Assembly (NCBI GenBank): GCA_038087875.1
Contig: CM075992.1
Coordinates: 6,016,001 to 6,080,000, forward strand
DNA: 64,000 nucleotides
Source: Malacoraja senta
Taxonomy: Eukaryota
Direction: 5' to 3'
In this document: positions 1 to 12,160 of the stretch, in pieces
How the letters are laid out: the number at the start of each line of letters is the position of its first letter
Position numbering within the stretch: position 1 is the stretch's first letter
Program-made: the position numbers and the translations under genes
The notes under the pieces: generated by a model
Database searches by the model: none
Seen by the model: only the letters and a program-made list of their open reading frames with translations
What the model was told of the DNA's origin: nothing

Positions 1-529
1 CCTCCAGCACTTTGTGTTTCACTGCACATTATTGATTATGAAAACTAATAAACTCAAAATGCAAGACAAGCGACCACTAGAAATTGTTTATTGTGAAATC
101 GAAATTTTTCGATAACGAGGAAAAATAAACATTCTTGATATGTAAACAGAGGCTGCTAGTTTACCAACTGAATAAAAACAAAATGCTGGAGTATCTCAGC
201 ATCTCTGGAGCGACGTTTTGGATCGGGACACTCCTTCAGGATGTTACCATGATAATAATGCCTTCTCACCCCAACCATACCCAGTCTGAATGGTTTCGTG
301 TCGTCGTCCCCCCCCCCCCCCCCCCACCGTAACGTCGGTTATCCATTCCCTCCACGTATGCAGCCTGACCAACTGATTTATTCCAATACTTTGTGTATGT
401 TTTAATTTTTTCTGCGGGTTGATTGAATTTTTATGATTTTCAGTGAGTGCATTTGTATTCTGGAAATTAAATAATTAACAAGAGCAAACAAATTGCGATG
501 GCGAAGTCCTGACGAGGGACTTCGGGGTC

Positions 530-920
530 CCGAGAAAGGGGTGATCGGGGAAGGGGTGAGGGGGCGAGGCGAGGAAGGGGAGGGGGCGAGGAAGAGGTGA
601 TCGGGGTTCGGGGAAGGGTGAGGGGCGAGGAAGGGGTGATCGGGGTAGGGGTGAGGGCGAGGAAGGGGTGATCGGGGTTCGGGGAAGGGATGATGGGGGG
701 GAGAGGTAGGGGTGATCGGGGAGAGGAAGGGGTGATCGGGGTTCGGGGAAGGGATGATGGGGGGGCGAGGTTGGGGTGATCGGGGAGAGGAAGGGGTGAT
801 CGGGATAGGGGTGAGGAAGGGGTGATCGGGGTTCGGGGAAGGGTGATCGAGGCCCGAGGAATCGGGGTTCGGGGAAGGGTGATCGGGCGAGGAATGAGTG
901 ATCGGGGTAGGGGTGATCGG
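530..920. repeat. G/purine-rich degenerate minisatellite (core GGGGTGATCGGGG) in intron 1 of the minus-strand gene
   Basis: Many copies of ggggtgatcgggg with ttcgg/gaagg/gagg spacers; explains the Pro-rich minus-strand ORFs. Confidence 0.9.
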
Positions 921-929
921 GCGCCCAGG

Positions 930-1470
930 CCTTGGTGCAAAGGGACGCCTGGAATAACGGCAACTGCTTCGGGTTGTTATGCCGAGGCTGAAGGCGGGTT
1001 CTGACTCCTCCGGGGGAGAAGGAGGGGTCACTACGACTCGGGGCGCTACAGGCGACCGGGCCGAACCCTGGCCGTCACCCCGGCAACCGCCCCCCGTCTC
1101 TCCGGCCCTCAACCGCCACCAGGCCTTGGTCTGTGTGCGTTAGTGTGAGAGAGGGGGGGGGATCTCTCCCTCCCCCATCACCTCCCACGGCTCCCTCACT
1201 CCGCACAAACCTCCCCCCGGTTGCTTACCGTCGCCTCCGCCGCTCGGCTCCTTCATTTTGGGGCAGTCGCGGGGCTCGGCCTTTGTCAGGTTCTCCGGGC
1301 TGGCGGCGGCGGCGGCCATCTTAGGAGAGGGAGAACGCGCGGCCGGCCAGGCGGGGGCGAGCGCCGCGCACTCGATGGGGAGGAGCGGGGGGCGGGGAGA
1401 GCCATCCAGGCCCGAGCACCCGATCGCCGACCGCCGACCGCCGATCACCCAAGTGACGTCATCGCCAATT
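930..1470 (-). promoter_or_regulatory. CpG-island promoter with perfect CRE (TGACGTCA 1454-1461), CCAAT (1465-1469) and a YY1-like motif over the ATG
   Basis: Dense CpG/GC; motifs read directly; GGCCATCTT overlaps the start codon. Confidence 0.7.
1229..1319 (-). CDS. First coding exon of an unidentified gene (MAAAAASPENLTKAEPRDCPKMKEPSGGGD, phase-1 end); gene continues left of the window
   Basis: ATG at 1319 in AAGATGG context inside a CpG island; donor CG|GTAAGC at 1228; Ala-run N-terminus. Confidence 0.7.
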
Positions 1471-1479
1471 CCCATCAGT

Positions 1480-1920
1480 AGTGTATGGAGGAGCTGCAGA
1501 TGCTGGTTTAAACCGTAGACAGACACAAAATGCTGGAGTAACTCAGCGGGACAGGCAGCATCTCTGAAGAAGGGTCTTGACCCGAAACGTCACCCATTTC
1601 TTCTCCCCAGAGATGCTGCCTGTCCCGCTGAGTTACTCCAACTTTTTGTGTCCATCTCCCAACAACACGAGTATGTTTGAAGAGTCTGAAGAAGAGTCTC
1701 TACCCGAAACATCGCCCATTCCTTCTCTCCAGAGATGCTGCCTGTCCCACTGGTTATTCCAGCTATTTGTGTCCATCACGAGTATGTGTAGTTTAGGAAG
1801 GAACTGCAGACGCTGGTGTAAACCGAAGATAGACGCAAGAAGCTGGAGTTATTCAGTGGGTCGGGCAGCATCTCTGGAGAAGAATAGGTGACGTATCGGG
1901 TCGAGTCCCTTCTTCAGACA
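1480..1920. repeat. Cluster of Penelope-tail-derived palindromic repeats with hammerhead-like cores
   Basis: Inverted arms (agacacaaaatgctggagtaactcagcgggacaggcagcatctct and its reverse complement) around CTGAAGAAGGGTCTTGACCCGAAACGTC at 1564-1591; related to the Penelope tail at 25467-25563. Confidence 0.8.
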
Positions 1921-1962
1921 GATACTCTGAAGCTAGCGTACTGATGGTGTGATAGCTGGTAT

Positions 1963-2265
1963 GTTTAGTTTAATTTAGTTTAGAGATACACTGCAGAACC
2001 AGGCCCACCGAGTGACTGACTAGCGATCCCCGCAAATTAACACAACCCTACCCAAACCAGGGACAATCTTTTATATTTACACCAAGCCAATTAACCTACA
2101 AACGTGCACATCTTAACATACAAAACGAATATCTCAGAGAAAAACCCATGCATGTCACGGGGAGACCGTACAATCTCTATACAGACATGTATCTATAGTC
2201 AGAATCGAACCCGGGTCTCTGGCGCTGTAAGGCAGTAGCTCTACCGCTACGCCACCATACCGCCC
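1963..2265 (-). mobile_element. tRNA-derived SINE (HE1/V-SINE type)
   Basis: A-box and B-box (gggttcgattc) head, central core, (TAAAC)n tail on the minus strand. Confidence 0.8.
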
Positions 2266-2529
2266 ATATGTATGTATAGGAAGGTAGACACAAAATCCTG
2301 GAGTAACTCAGCGGAACAGGCAACATCTCTGGAAGGAAGGAATGCGTGACATTTCAGGTGGAGACCCTTCTTCACACTGAGAGTCTGAAGACTATCGGAA
2401 GGAACTGCAGGTGCTGCTTTAAACCGTAGACACACACAAAAAGCTGGAGTAACTCAGCAGGTCAGGCAGCATCTCTGAGAAAAGGAGTAGGTGATGTTTC
2501 GGGATGAGACCCTTCTTGTGTCTACCTTT

Positions 2530-2794
2530 CCAACACCATGAGGCTGGTTGCACTAGTTCTATTTATCCCACTTGCTCATCCACTTCTTACACACAAGGGG
2601 CAAATTACAGAGACCAATTAACCTGCAAACCCACATGTCTTTGAGATGTGGGAGAAAATTGGAGTACCCATGGGAAACCCACATGGTCACAGGGAGAACA
2701 GGCAAACTCCACACAGACAGCACCCGAGGTTAGCATCGAACCCAGGTCTCTGGCACTGTGAGGCAGCAGATTTACCAGCTGTGCCACCGTGCCA
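2530..2794 (-). mobile_element. tRNA-derived SINE (HE1/V-SINE type)
   Basis: Minus-strand head ggcacggtggcacagctggta...gggttcgatg plus core. Confidence 0.75.
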
Positions 2795-3634
2795 CGGTCT
2801 GTGAGCTCTCTCCTGTATGAGATGGGTCAGAGGTCTGAATAGCTCCATAAGGTCAATATAATGGTAAAATAAAATGCTGAAAATACTCCTCATGTCAAGC
2901 AATATTTCCTCATTGATAATTTCTGACCCTGTGAAGATTTCTACCACTTTCTGACCATATTTCAGATTTCCAACTGGCACAATTTTTCAGTACTTAGCTT
3001 CTAATTGATTACCAAAAAAAATCTCTTTGAAAAAATGAACTGACATGATAGTAGTATTGATATTGACACTGCAGCCACAAGTATTTGAGAAGCTTGTTCT
3101 GTGTGCTTGAGAAACTGTGTCAGCAGGAGGGAGAACCTTTGAGGAAAGAGAATACTTTTCACAAGGAGAACAAACAAACATCACTTTTCTTTGCCATTTT
3201 ACTGCTTTTCTCTTTGAAACGTGTTTTTCAAGAATCATTGATTTTCCAATATTGGTACACGGAAACTTTGCTTTCAAATTAAAACAAACTTTGATGGTTG
3301 CTTATCTGTGGTAGCACTTTGATTTAAAAATTATTATTCGATGACTTGAACTGTCTATGCCAATGCAAAACATCCATGTATGGAAGCACGAGAATATGGT
3401 TATTATATAATTTATAATACCTTTGTAGATTATTCTATCAGACATTTGGATACGTGGATAGGAAGGGTTTAGAGAGATATGGGTCAAAAGGAGGCAGGTG
3501 GGTTTAGAGTTGATGGGGCATCTTTATTGCATGGGTAATTTGGACCGAAGGGCCTGTTTCTGTGCTCTATGACTCTCTATCAGGTCTTCCCATAACTAAT
3601 GTTCTTGATGCTGATTGAATTATGTCATTTTTAC

Positions 3635-3834
3635 NNNNNNNNNNNNNNNNNNNNNNNNNNNNNNNNNNNNNNNNNNNNNNNNNNNNNNNNNNNNNNNNNN
3701 NNNNNNNNNNNNNNNNNNNNNNNNNNNNNNNNNNNNNNNNNNNNNNNNNNNNNNNNNNNNNNNNNNNNNNNNNNNNNNNNNNNNNNNNNNNNNNNNNNNN
3801 NNNNNNNNNNNNNNNNNNNNNNNNNNNNNNNNNN
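3635..3834. other. Assembly gap (200 N)
   Basis: Run of N. Confidence 1.
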
Positions 3835-3872
3835 CCACGTGCTGCTCACTGAAGCATTCATCCATCCCAGAC
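3835..3872 (-). CDS. Candidate exon of the unidentified gene running into the gap (SGMDECFSEQHV)
   Basis: Acceptor ctctgtgtctgtgtgcag; open in phase 2, matching the end phase of exon 5377-5467. Confidence 0.3.
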
Positions 3873-5376
3873 CTGCACACAGACACAGAGCGACACAGTA
3901 TTATCATCAGCCAGCGGCAACCCTTGCTTATTTTGTGCCTGTGTCTTCATCAAGGTGACTGATGATTGTGACCTTCTTCCCACCCCTCGGTTTGCATCAG
4001 GCCCATGGCATCGAGCATGCAACGGGTATTGTTCCCGTACAATGGGCTCCAATCCCCCCCCCCCCCCAATCCATTAATTGTGCAACACAATCCCGACTCA
4101 AGTCTTCAAAAGGACAACATACTTCCTCCATCAATTACAAATGTTAAGGGAGGTAAAGAACAAGTGTTAGGATATATACAGGAACACAGAACAGTACAGT
4201 AAAGCACAAGAGCAGGCCCTTCGGCCCACAATGTTTGTGCTGAACATGATGCCAAGTTAAAACTAATCTCCTTTGTCTGCACTTGATCCATGATGCAAGT
4301 CTGATAAAGGGTTCTCGACCCGAAACATCACTTATCTATGCTCTCCAGAGATGCTGCCTGAGTGCTTTAAAGATGGGAACTTGCATTTACATGGAACAGC
4401 ACAGGAACAGGCCCTTCAGCCCACAACGTCTATGCCGAACATAATGCCAGATTAAAGTAATCTCCTCTGCCTACACATGATCCATATCCCTGCATATCCA
4501 TGTGCCTGTCTAAATGCCACATTCGTATCTGCCTCCACCACCACCCCCACCCTTGGCAGCTCGCTTCAGGCAACCAACAATGGAAATATGGAACTCAGGG
4601 ATAAGAGATGAGTGCGCGGAGGAGGAGAAAGTAGCGGAGAGGCAAAGGTGGTGAGATCTCACCAACTGATCAAAATCATCCTGTTACCCATGAATGTCAT
4701 CCTCACTATCATCATCACCTCCCACTCTGTACCTGCGATGCTGCTGCAAGCAAGATTTTGATTTGAGGACACAAGGTGCTGGAATAACTCAGCGGGCCAG
4801 GCAGCATGTCTGGAGAACAGGTTCTCCAGAGTTGCTGCCTGACCCAGTGATTCAATAATACTTTACAGTCACACGTACCTAGGCACAGTGACATTCTTTG
4901 CTTATGCCCGCTGAGTTATTCAAATCAAATTCCTCGTATGTTGCAAAACATACTTGGCTAATAAGTGACGTTTCGGGTCTGAAGAAGGGTCTCGACCCGA
5001 AACGTCACCTATTCCTTCGCTCCATAGATGCTGCCTCACCCACTGAGTTTCACCAGCATTTTTGTCTACCTTTGATTTTTCCTGCATCTGCAGTTCTTTA
5101 TTAAATACTTGGCTGATCACGTATGATTATGATTATGGTTATTCCTGCACTTTGTGTCCTTTTGTGTAAATCAGCATCTGCAGTTCCATGTTTCTACAAG
5201 ATCTTTCTTAGAACTGTGCTCTTCACCATACTTGTGCTGATGACAATATACACCAATTGACCCCTTCACTTCGCACCTTACTAGCCTCTAGTATGGCATC
5301 AGAAGGTAGCTCACTTACTAAAGTCCGACCCAATAGGGAAAGTTCAACAAGCAAGCTCTAGATGATTCGCACTTAC

Positions 5377-5467
5377 CCACTCGTCTCCTTGTCCCGCGAG
5401 ATGCTGAGGTAATGGAGGTAGTGAACTGTCGCTGTTTCATCGCTCTCTGGAGATCGCTTCATTTCTG
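5377..5467 (-). CDS. Candidate internal exon (AEMKRSPESDETATVHYLHYLSISRDKETSG)
   Basis: Acceptor tttcttccag (NAGNAG), donor GG|GTAAGT; open in phase 1, matching the large exon. Confidence 0.4.
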
Positions 5468-5868
5468 CTGGAAGAAATTCAGTCGCTTTGATACAAAACT
5501 TTCTTTCTTCCCGCCAGCCCCCCCCCCCCCCCGCCCATCTCAATCACACTCGGTCACATTCAGTGCAGCAGCTGGGATAGTGCAGTGCACTAAATCCGAC
5601 AGCTGGTAGAACATAGAACAAAGTGCAGAAGATAGGCACAAGGTGCTGGAGTAACTCAGTGGGTCAGGCAGCATCTCTGGAGGGCATTGATAGGTGACGT
5701 TTCGAGTCGGGACCCTTCTTTAGACTAAAAGTCGAGGGGAGAAAGACAGCTCACAACAGGTGCATGGAATAGTGATCCTGCCTCAAGGAGGGTAGCCAGA
5801 GGTTCAGTCTAAGAGGCGTAATTTGGAGAAGGGTTTTAGGGCGAGGAGGGAAGATTTGGAATCAGAGT

Positions 5869-6160
5869 GGGCGGCACAATAGAGCAGCACTGCCTCACTG
5901 CGCCAAAGACCCGGGTTCAATCCTGACCTCGGGTGCTGTCTGTGTGGAGTTTGCCCCATCTCCCTGTGATCGTGTGAGCTTCCGCCGGGTGCTTTGGTTT
6001 CCTCCCACATTCCAAAGAAGTGCAGGCTTGTAGGTTACTTGGCATTCTGTAAATTGCCCCTAGTGTGTAAGGATAGAACTAGTGTACGGGGTGATCGTTG
6101 GGCTGAGAGGACTCGGTGTGCCGAAGGGCCTGTTTCCATGCTGTATCTATAAATTAAACC
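5869..6160 (+). mobile_element. tRNA-derived SINE (HE1/V-SINE type)
   Basis: gggcggcac head, B-box gggttcaatcc, core, CR1-like tail ccgaagggcctgtttccatgctgtatct. Confidence 0.8.
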
Positions 6161-6794
6161 AAGTGATATAGTCCAGAATACGACCACTTGACCCATTATG
6201 CCAGTGACAGTTCTCTGCTAGAGGCATCTAGTTAATCCCACTCTTTCCTGACTGCCTTGTAATGTTTAAGGGCAGCAATTTAGATGAGTATTTGAGGATT
6301 CTGGCACTAGGCATTTGACTACTTGAGCCCATGTTTTACTGCAATCTTCTTCCATCTCACTGTTGACACCAATTATCATCCACTTCTTTCAACTACAGTA
6401 GCTCCCTGACTTACATAAGGGTCACACACCACAGACACTTGCTTAAGTCAGATGTTACACAAGTCGGACATGGAAGGGAACCATGTTATACAATGTACTA
6501 TTCGTACTGTATATTACCAGTGGGAGACCATGTGGAAGCTCCGACACGGAGACCGTGCGCGAGCATCCACGAGAACAGCTGACTGGCTTGCACAAACAGT
6601 TACATGTGACGACAGTAGGGCACCACTAACAAGACGCGCAACTCGGAAATAAAACAATGGGCTTAAAGAACTGCTGAGAGTAAGTGTGTTTACGTAAGTC
6701 GGGGAGTGCCTGTATTCTGCTGCAGCTCATGTATGATTGCTCAACAACTAGAAACCTTCAGTATTATATTTAAGGAAGTATATTTTACTTCCCT

Positions 6795-7104
6795 GGGCGG
6801 CACGGTGGTGCAGCGGTAGAGTTGCTGCCTTGCAACGCCAGGGACCCAGGTTCGATCCTGATTACAGGTCCTGTCTGTATGGAGTTTGTACGTTCTCCCC
6901 GTGGCCTGCGTGGGTTTTCTCCGGGATCCCCGGTTTCCTCTCACACTCAAAAGACGTACAGGTTTATAGATTAATGGGCTTGATATAATTGTAAATTTTC
7001 CCTAGTGTGTGTAGAATAGCATCAGTGTGCGGGGATCGCTGGTCTACGCGGACTCAGTAGACCGAAGGGCCTGTTTCTACGCTGTATCTCTAAACTAAAC
7101 TAAA
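6795..7104 (+). mobile_element. tRNA-derived SINE (HE1/V-SINE type), full length
   Basis: gggcggcacggtggtgcagcggtagag...ggttcgatcc head; (TAAAC)n tail. Confidence 0.85.
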
Positions 7105-7174
7105 TTCATTCAGTAATTTTAGAGTACTAAAATAGAGGCCTTCCTTGGGTAATGAACAGGTTCCATCTTTTAGG

Positions 7175-7705
7175 TCATAAGGAATAGGAGTAGAATTAGG
7201 CCATTCGGCCCATCAAGTTGACTCTGCCATTCAATCATGGCTGATCTATCTCTCCCTCCTAACCCCATTCTCCTGCCTTCTCCCCATAACCGCTGACACC
7301 TGTACTAATCAAGAATCTATCTATCTCTGCCTTAAAAATATCCACTGACTTGGCCTCCACAGCTTTCTGTGGCATTGAATTCCACAGATTCATGACCCTC
7401 TGACTGAAGAAATTTCTCCTCATCTCCTTCCTAAATGAACGCCTTTTAATTCTATGGCTGTGACCTCTAGTCCTAGACTCTCCCGCTAGTGGCAACATCC
7501 TCTCCACATCCACTTTATCAAAGCCTTTCACTATTCTGTACGTTTCAATTAGGTCCCCCCTCGTTCTTGTAAACTCCAGCGAGTGCAGGCCCAGTGCCGA
7601 CAAACGCTCATCATAGGTTAACCTACTCATTCCTGAGATCATTCGTGTAAACCTCCTCTGGATCCTCTCCAGAAACAGCACATCCTTCCTCAGTTATGAT
7701 GGCCA
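7175..7705 (-). mobile_element. CR1 LINE 3' fragment
   Basis: ORF 7259-7681 ERIQRRFTRM..RGDLIETY..RTRGH..FFSQRVMNLWN plus CR1 3' UTR. Confidence 0.9.
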
Positions 7706-9315
7706 AACGTTTAAAGATACAAAGTGCTGGAGTAACTCAGCGGGTCAGACAGCATCTCTCGAAAACACGGAGAGGCAACGTTTCAGGTTGAGATCCTTCT
7801 TAGGACCTGAAACGTCACCTATCCAGGTTCTCCAGAGATGCTGTCTGACCCGCTTTGTTACTCCAGCGCACTGTGTCTTTTTTTTGGTACTTTCTGTCAT
7901 TACGCGGAGACTGAAGAAGGGTGCCGACCCAAATGTCACCTCTCCCTTTTCCCCAGAGAGCCACAAAGTTACTCCAGCATTTTGTGTCTGTCTTTTGTGA
8001 AAATGAATGAGTTGGCCAGGATGGATTGGGAAATTTCTTTGAAAGACAGGACATTGGAAAGGCGGTAGCTAACATTTAAAGAACAAATGCAGGAGCTGCA
8101 ACATTTTTGCTTTGCTCTGCGGAGTGAAAAGAGAAACCAATTCAACGATGCTCAACAGGAAATGTTAAGGATATTATTAAATCCAAAGGGGATCTCAACC
8201 AACCACCTTTTGTCAATTAGCCTAAATCTTTCTAATCTGCTAAAGGCCCCAGCAGACACATCTCCCCTTATTTATTCTGCCACAAACCTTTGTTATTGTG
8301 CATCCTGGTTTAATAACACATCGAACAGTACAGCAAATGAACAGACAGTCACAGGGTGAACATGCAAGTTCCACAAGATCAAGAATGGGTGTCAAGGGGA
8401 GAAACAGGAAAATGGGATTAGGAGGCAGAGATCAGCCATGAGTGAATGACGGAGTAGACTCAATGGGCCGAATGGCCTAATTCTACTCCCATAACGTGGG
8501 AACTTGTCAGGATCGAACCCGGTTCTCAGGTGCTGTGAAGGTACACAAAAATACTGGAGAAGCTCAGCGGGTGCAGCAGCATCTATGGAGCGAAGGAGAT
8601 AGGCAACGTTTCGGGCCGAAACGTCGCTTATCTCCTTCGCTCCATAGATGCTGCTGCACCTGCTGGGTTTCTCCAGCATTTTTGTGTACCTTCGATTTTC
8701 CAGCATCTACAGTTCCTTCTTAAACTCTCAGGTGCTGTGAGGTTGAACCTCTACTAGCTGCGCCACTGGACCACCGCAACACACAAAAATACATCAAATT
8801 CAAAAAATAAAATGGTGATGCTGGAATTCTGAAACAAAAGCAGAAAATGTTGGAAAAACACAGCTGCTCAGGCAGCATCTGTGGAAACAGTCAAGAGGGG
8901 AAACAATGAACTACAGATGCTGGTTAATACAGAAAAGAACACAAAGTGCTTGAGTAGCTCAGCGGGTCAGAGTCTGAAAGAGGGTCTCCACCCAAAACAT
9001 CATCTATTCATGTTCTCCAGAGATGCTGCCTGGCCTGCTGAGTTACTCCAGCACTTTGTGTCCAAGAGTCAAGTGTTTTTATTTGTTCGAAGACAGACAC
9101 AAAATGCTGGAGTAACTCAGCGGGGACAGGCAGCATCTCTGGAGGGAAGGAATGGGTGACGTTTTGGGTCGAGACCCTTGTTTGAAAACAGAATAATGAA
9201 ATCCTTATTTGCAGCAGGTTAACAGCTATCAATGTTGTGGATCTGTGACCCTCCATCAGAGATGAAGCAATATCTCTTTTTGTTTTAAATTCTGCACTGG
9301 GTCTCTCTGACTTAC

Positions 9316-10459
9316 CTGCTGTATTCTCGCTTGTCAGAGCTTGTTCTGTCCGATGAACCTCTTTCACTGGCGATTCTTGCTCTTGGGATGCCATGGCCGT
9401 TGCTTTGGAGCTGCCTTCGTTCCTGAAGGACGCATCAAGAGAAGAACTCTCCACGTTACTCTGATGCTCAAGAGGTTCCATTGCAAGCTGGGTTTCGGGC
9501 CAGGAGCAGAGAGCACCGGGCACGTTACTGGTCGCCTCTCCGCCGCCTTCACTCGACATCGCCGCATCTCCCTTGCCTCCATCGACGGGACTTTGATGGA
9601 AGCACTCCATGCCGTTGCCATCTCTCGCACAGGCAACTTCAAACTCATAGGACATCGGGTCGACCGAAGTGCTTATATCTTCTTCCGTCTCGCAAGACAC
9701 GTCGAAGCTGTAGGAAACCGGATCCAAAGAGGTATACTGCACCTCCTCGCCGCACGTCACATCGTACTCATAGGACATCTGGTCCAGCGCGGTGTACTGG
9801 TTCCCATCGCGGTCACAGGACAAATCAAACCCGTACAACATCCCATCCTCGGACGGGCCACGGACCGCGCTTAGCGTGTGCATATCCTGCTCCTCATGCA
9901 TGTAAGTCGTCAGCAATCCCTTACCTCCTACTTCGGAAAGGTTTAGATTGATTCCGTCCAAGATATTCTCTGGCAGGCAGGTGTTGAAAGAACTTGGCTG
10001 GCTGCAACGGTTGGGAGCAGCCATCAAGTTCTCCGTCAGCAGGGGATGTGTTGGAGCAGGTCCAAGCTTGGCTCCCACTGGTCTTGGATCAGATTGAATC
10101 GGTTCCTTGTGGACTTGCGGTTCTAACGGACTCGCTGGCTTGTAGCTGGGGGGGTCCGGGAACTGACTGTCAAACTCTACCCCGTGTCTCGAGCCCGCGA
10201 GTGTCCTCAGCTGCGGTGGGATCCCGTCAAGGGATTGCTCACGCTCCAGAAGACAGGTGGTCCCACCACTGACCCCCTCCATGACACTCAGGTGCAAACT
10301 GGTGTTTTCCTCCCCTCCTGAACTCTGTGGAGGTCTGGCATGGACCACTTGATCTCCACATAGGTTCAGCACATCATCAGGGCTACAAAATCCCTTGTTG
10401 ATGTTGGTCTGCAGCTCTTCATCCCATTGTATTAGCTCCTGATGATTGCTTTTCTCCAT
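9316..10459 (-). CDS. Large coding exon (381 codons +1 nt) of an unidentified acidic, probably disordered protein with an internal ~20-aa repeat
   Basis: Uninterrupted non-TE ORF; acceptor ttcttgtcttccag (exon starts 10529), ATG 10459, donor CAG|GTAAGT at 9315. Confidence 0.8.
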
Positions 10460-11342
10460 TGAACTGATGGGACAATGGAGTACTATTGTAAATCGGCATA
10501 TAATTTTATGACTAGGAATCTTCTTTTAACTGGAAGACAAGAAGTTTATAATAAAATTAATTGCAAATCCAATAACCACATATTTTATTCACCAAATTCA
10601 ATCCCATCAGCATCTTACCCAATCTTCACAATTTATAGATTCCAATCTAATTGGAAACGAATTACCAATCAATTAATAGACTATCAGTCTATTACCAGGG
10701 GACACAAGGAACTGCAGATGCTAGCAAAACACAAAGTGCTGGAGGAACTCAGTGGGTCAGGCAGCATCTGCGGAGGGAATGGACAATCAATGTTTCAGGT
10801 CGGGATCCTTCTTCAGACTGTTTGCAATGGGGGAAGAAAGCTGGAAAGGGGAGGTGGGGTGGGACAAAGTTTTGAACATGATCGGTAGATACAGGTGAGG
10901 GGGGTAGTTTTAATTGCAGATGGGTGGAGCGAGTGAGAAAGATGTGAGGTGTAAAGGAGACTAAAGGGCGTCAGGTAAGGAGAGAAATGGAGGAGTGAAA
11001 TGTAAAGCTAGTGGGAGGGGAAGAGGGGGCGATAAAAGGTCAGTGAGGGATTTTGGGATGGGAGATGAGTATATGAAGGAAGGTAAAGGAGCAGGGTGAC
11101 TGGGGAAGTGGGAGATTACTCATCTTTACCAATCTCTATACAGTTTATGACTTACACTTCTGTCCTTTTCCCAGTTATGCTTAGTCAGGAGTCAATAGTA
11201 TTTGATGGTCGTATGTGCTGTCAATGGAGTAATGAAATTCTTACTTGTTGCAGTTTAGCAGGCCTGTTAATGCAACAACACAGAAATATATAATGATCAA
11301 TAAATTAATAACAGTAAAACTTGGTAACCACAATAGTACAAA

Positions 11343-11660
11343 GGGCAGCACTGTGGCGCAGCGGTAGAGTTGCTGCCTTACAGCGCTTGAGCCCCGGGTT
11401 CGATCCCGACTACGGGTGCTGTCTGTACAGAGTTTGTAAGTTCTCCCTGTGACCGTGTGGGTTTAGTCCGAGATCTTTGGTTTCCTCCCCCACACTCCAA
11501 AGATGTACAGGTTTGTAGGTTAATTGGCTTGGCGTATGTGTAAATTCTCCCTAGTGTGTGTAGGATAGTGTTAATGTGCAGGGATCGCTGGTCGGTGCGG
11601 ACTCGGTGGGCAGTAAGGCCCGTTTCCACGCAGTATCTCTAAACTAAAACTAAACTAAAA
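11343..11660 (+). mobile_element. tRNA-derived SINE (HE1/V-SINE type)
   Basis: A/B-box head, core, aaact tail. Confidence 0.85.
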
Positions 11661-11919
11661 CCAAAGTCGGCAGTGCAACCAAAGACACAGTGCATAGAAG
11701 ATCATGGGTCGGTCATACCCTCTACAGGTGCTGCCTGACCTGCTGGGTTTGTCCAGCACGCTTTTTTCCTCAAGATTCCAGCATCTGCAGTTCCTTGTGT
11801 CTCCATAGAAAATCATAGTCCAGGTTAATGTTGAGCAATGTTCAAGAGCCTGATGGTTACAGGGAAGAAGCTGTTCTTGAACTCGATAGTCATGGTTTGC
11901 AGACTCCTATACTGTTTTC

Positions 11920-12160
11920 CTGCCTCAATGATTTCTCGTGCAAAACAAGATCTCCATCACAAGTACTGACCTCCCCGCCATCAAATGGAGGTGGTGCTAC
12001 CTCAAAAAGGCAGCCAACATCATCAAGAACCCACACCAGCCTGACCACGCCCTTACTTCATTCCTGCCATCAGGAAAAAGGTTTAGGGGTCTGAAAACCA
12101 TGATGTCCAGTTTCAGGAACAGCTTCTTCCAAAAGAACAATCGGGCTCTCGAACATTATA
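11920..12160 (+). mobile_element. Rex1/Babar-like LINE 3' fragment
   Basis: Translation KKAANIIKNPHQPDHALTSFLPSGKRFRGLKT..FRNSFF resembles the ORF2 C-terminus of this clade. Confidence 0.65.

Noticed and set aside
402..1112. Pro-rich ORFs in all three minus frames
   Set aside because: By-product of a stop-free minisatellite lying after a splice donor
2987..3277. 96-aa minus ORF as the terminal exon of the unknown gene
   Set aside because: Nearest acceptor is weak and followed immediately by an in-frame TAA; no recognisable homology
3599..3962. ORFs spanning the N-run
   Set aside because: Length is an artefact of the gap
9008..9315. C-terminal ~100 aa of the 483-aa ORF
   Set aside because: Lies past a consensus donor and runs into Penelope-derived repeat; intronic read-through
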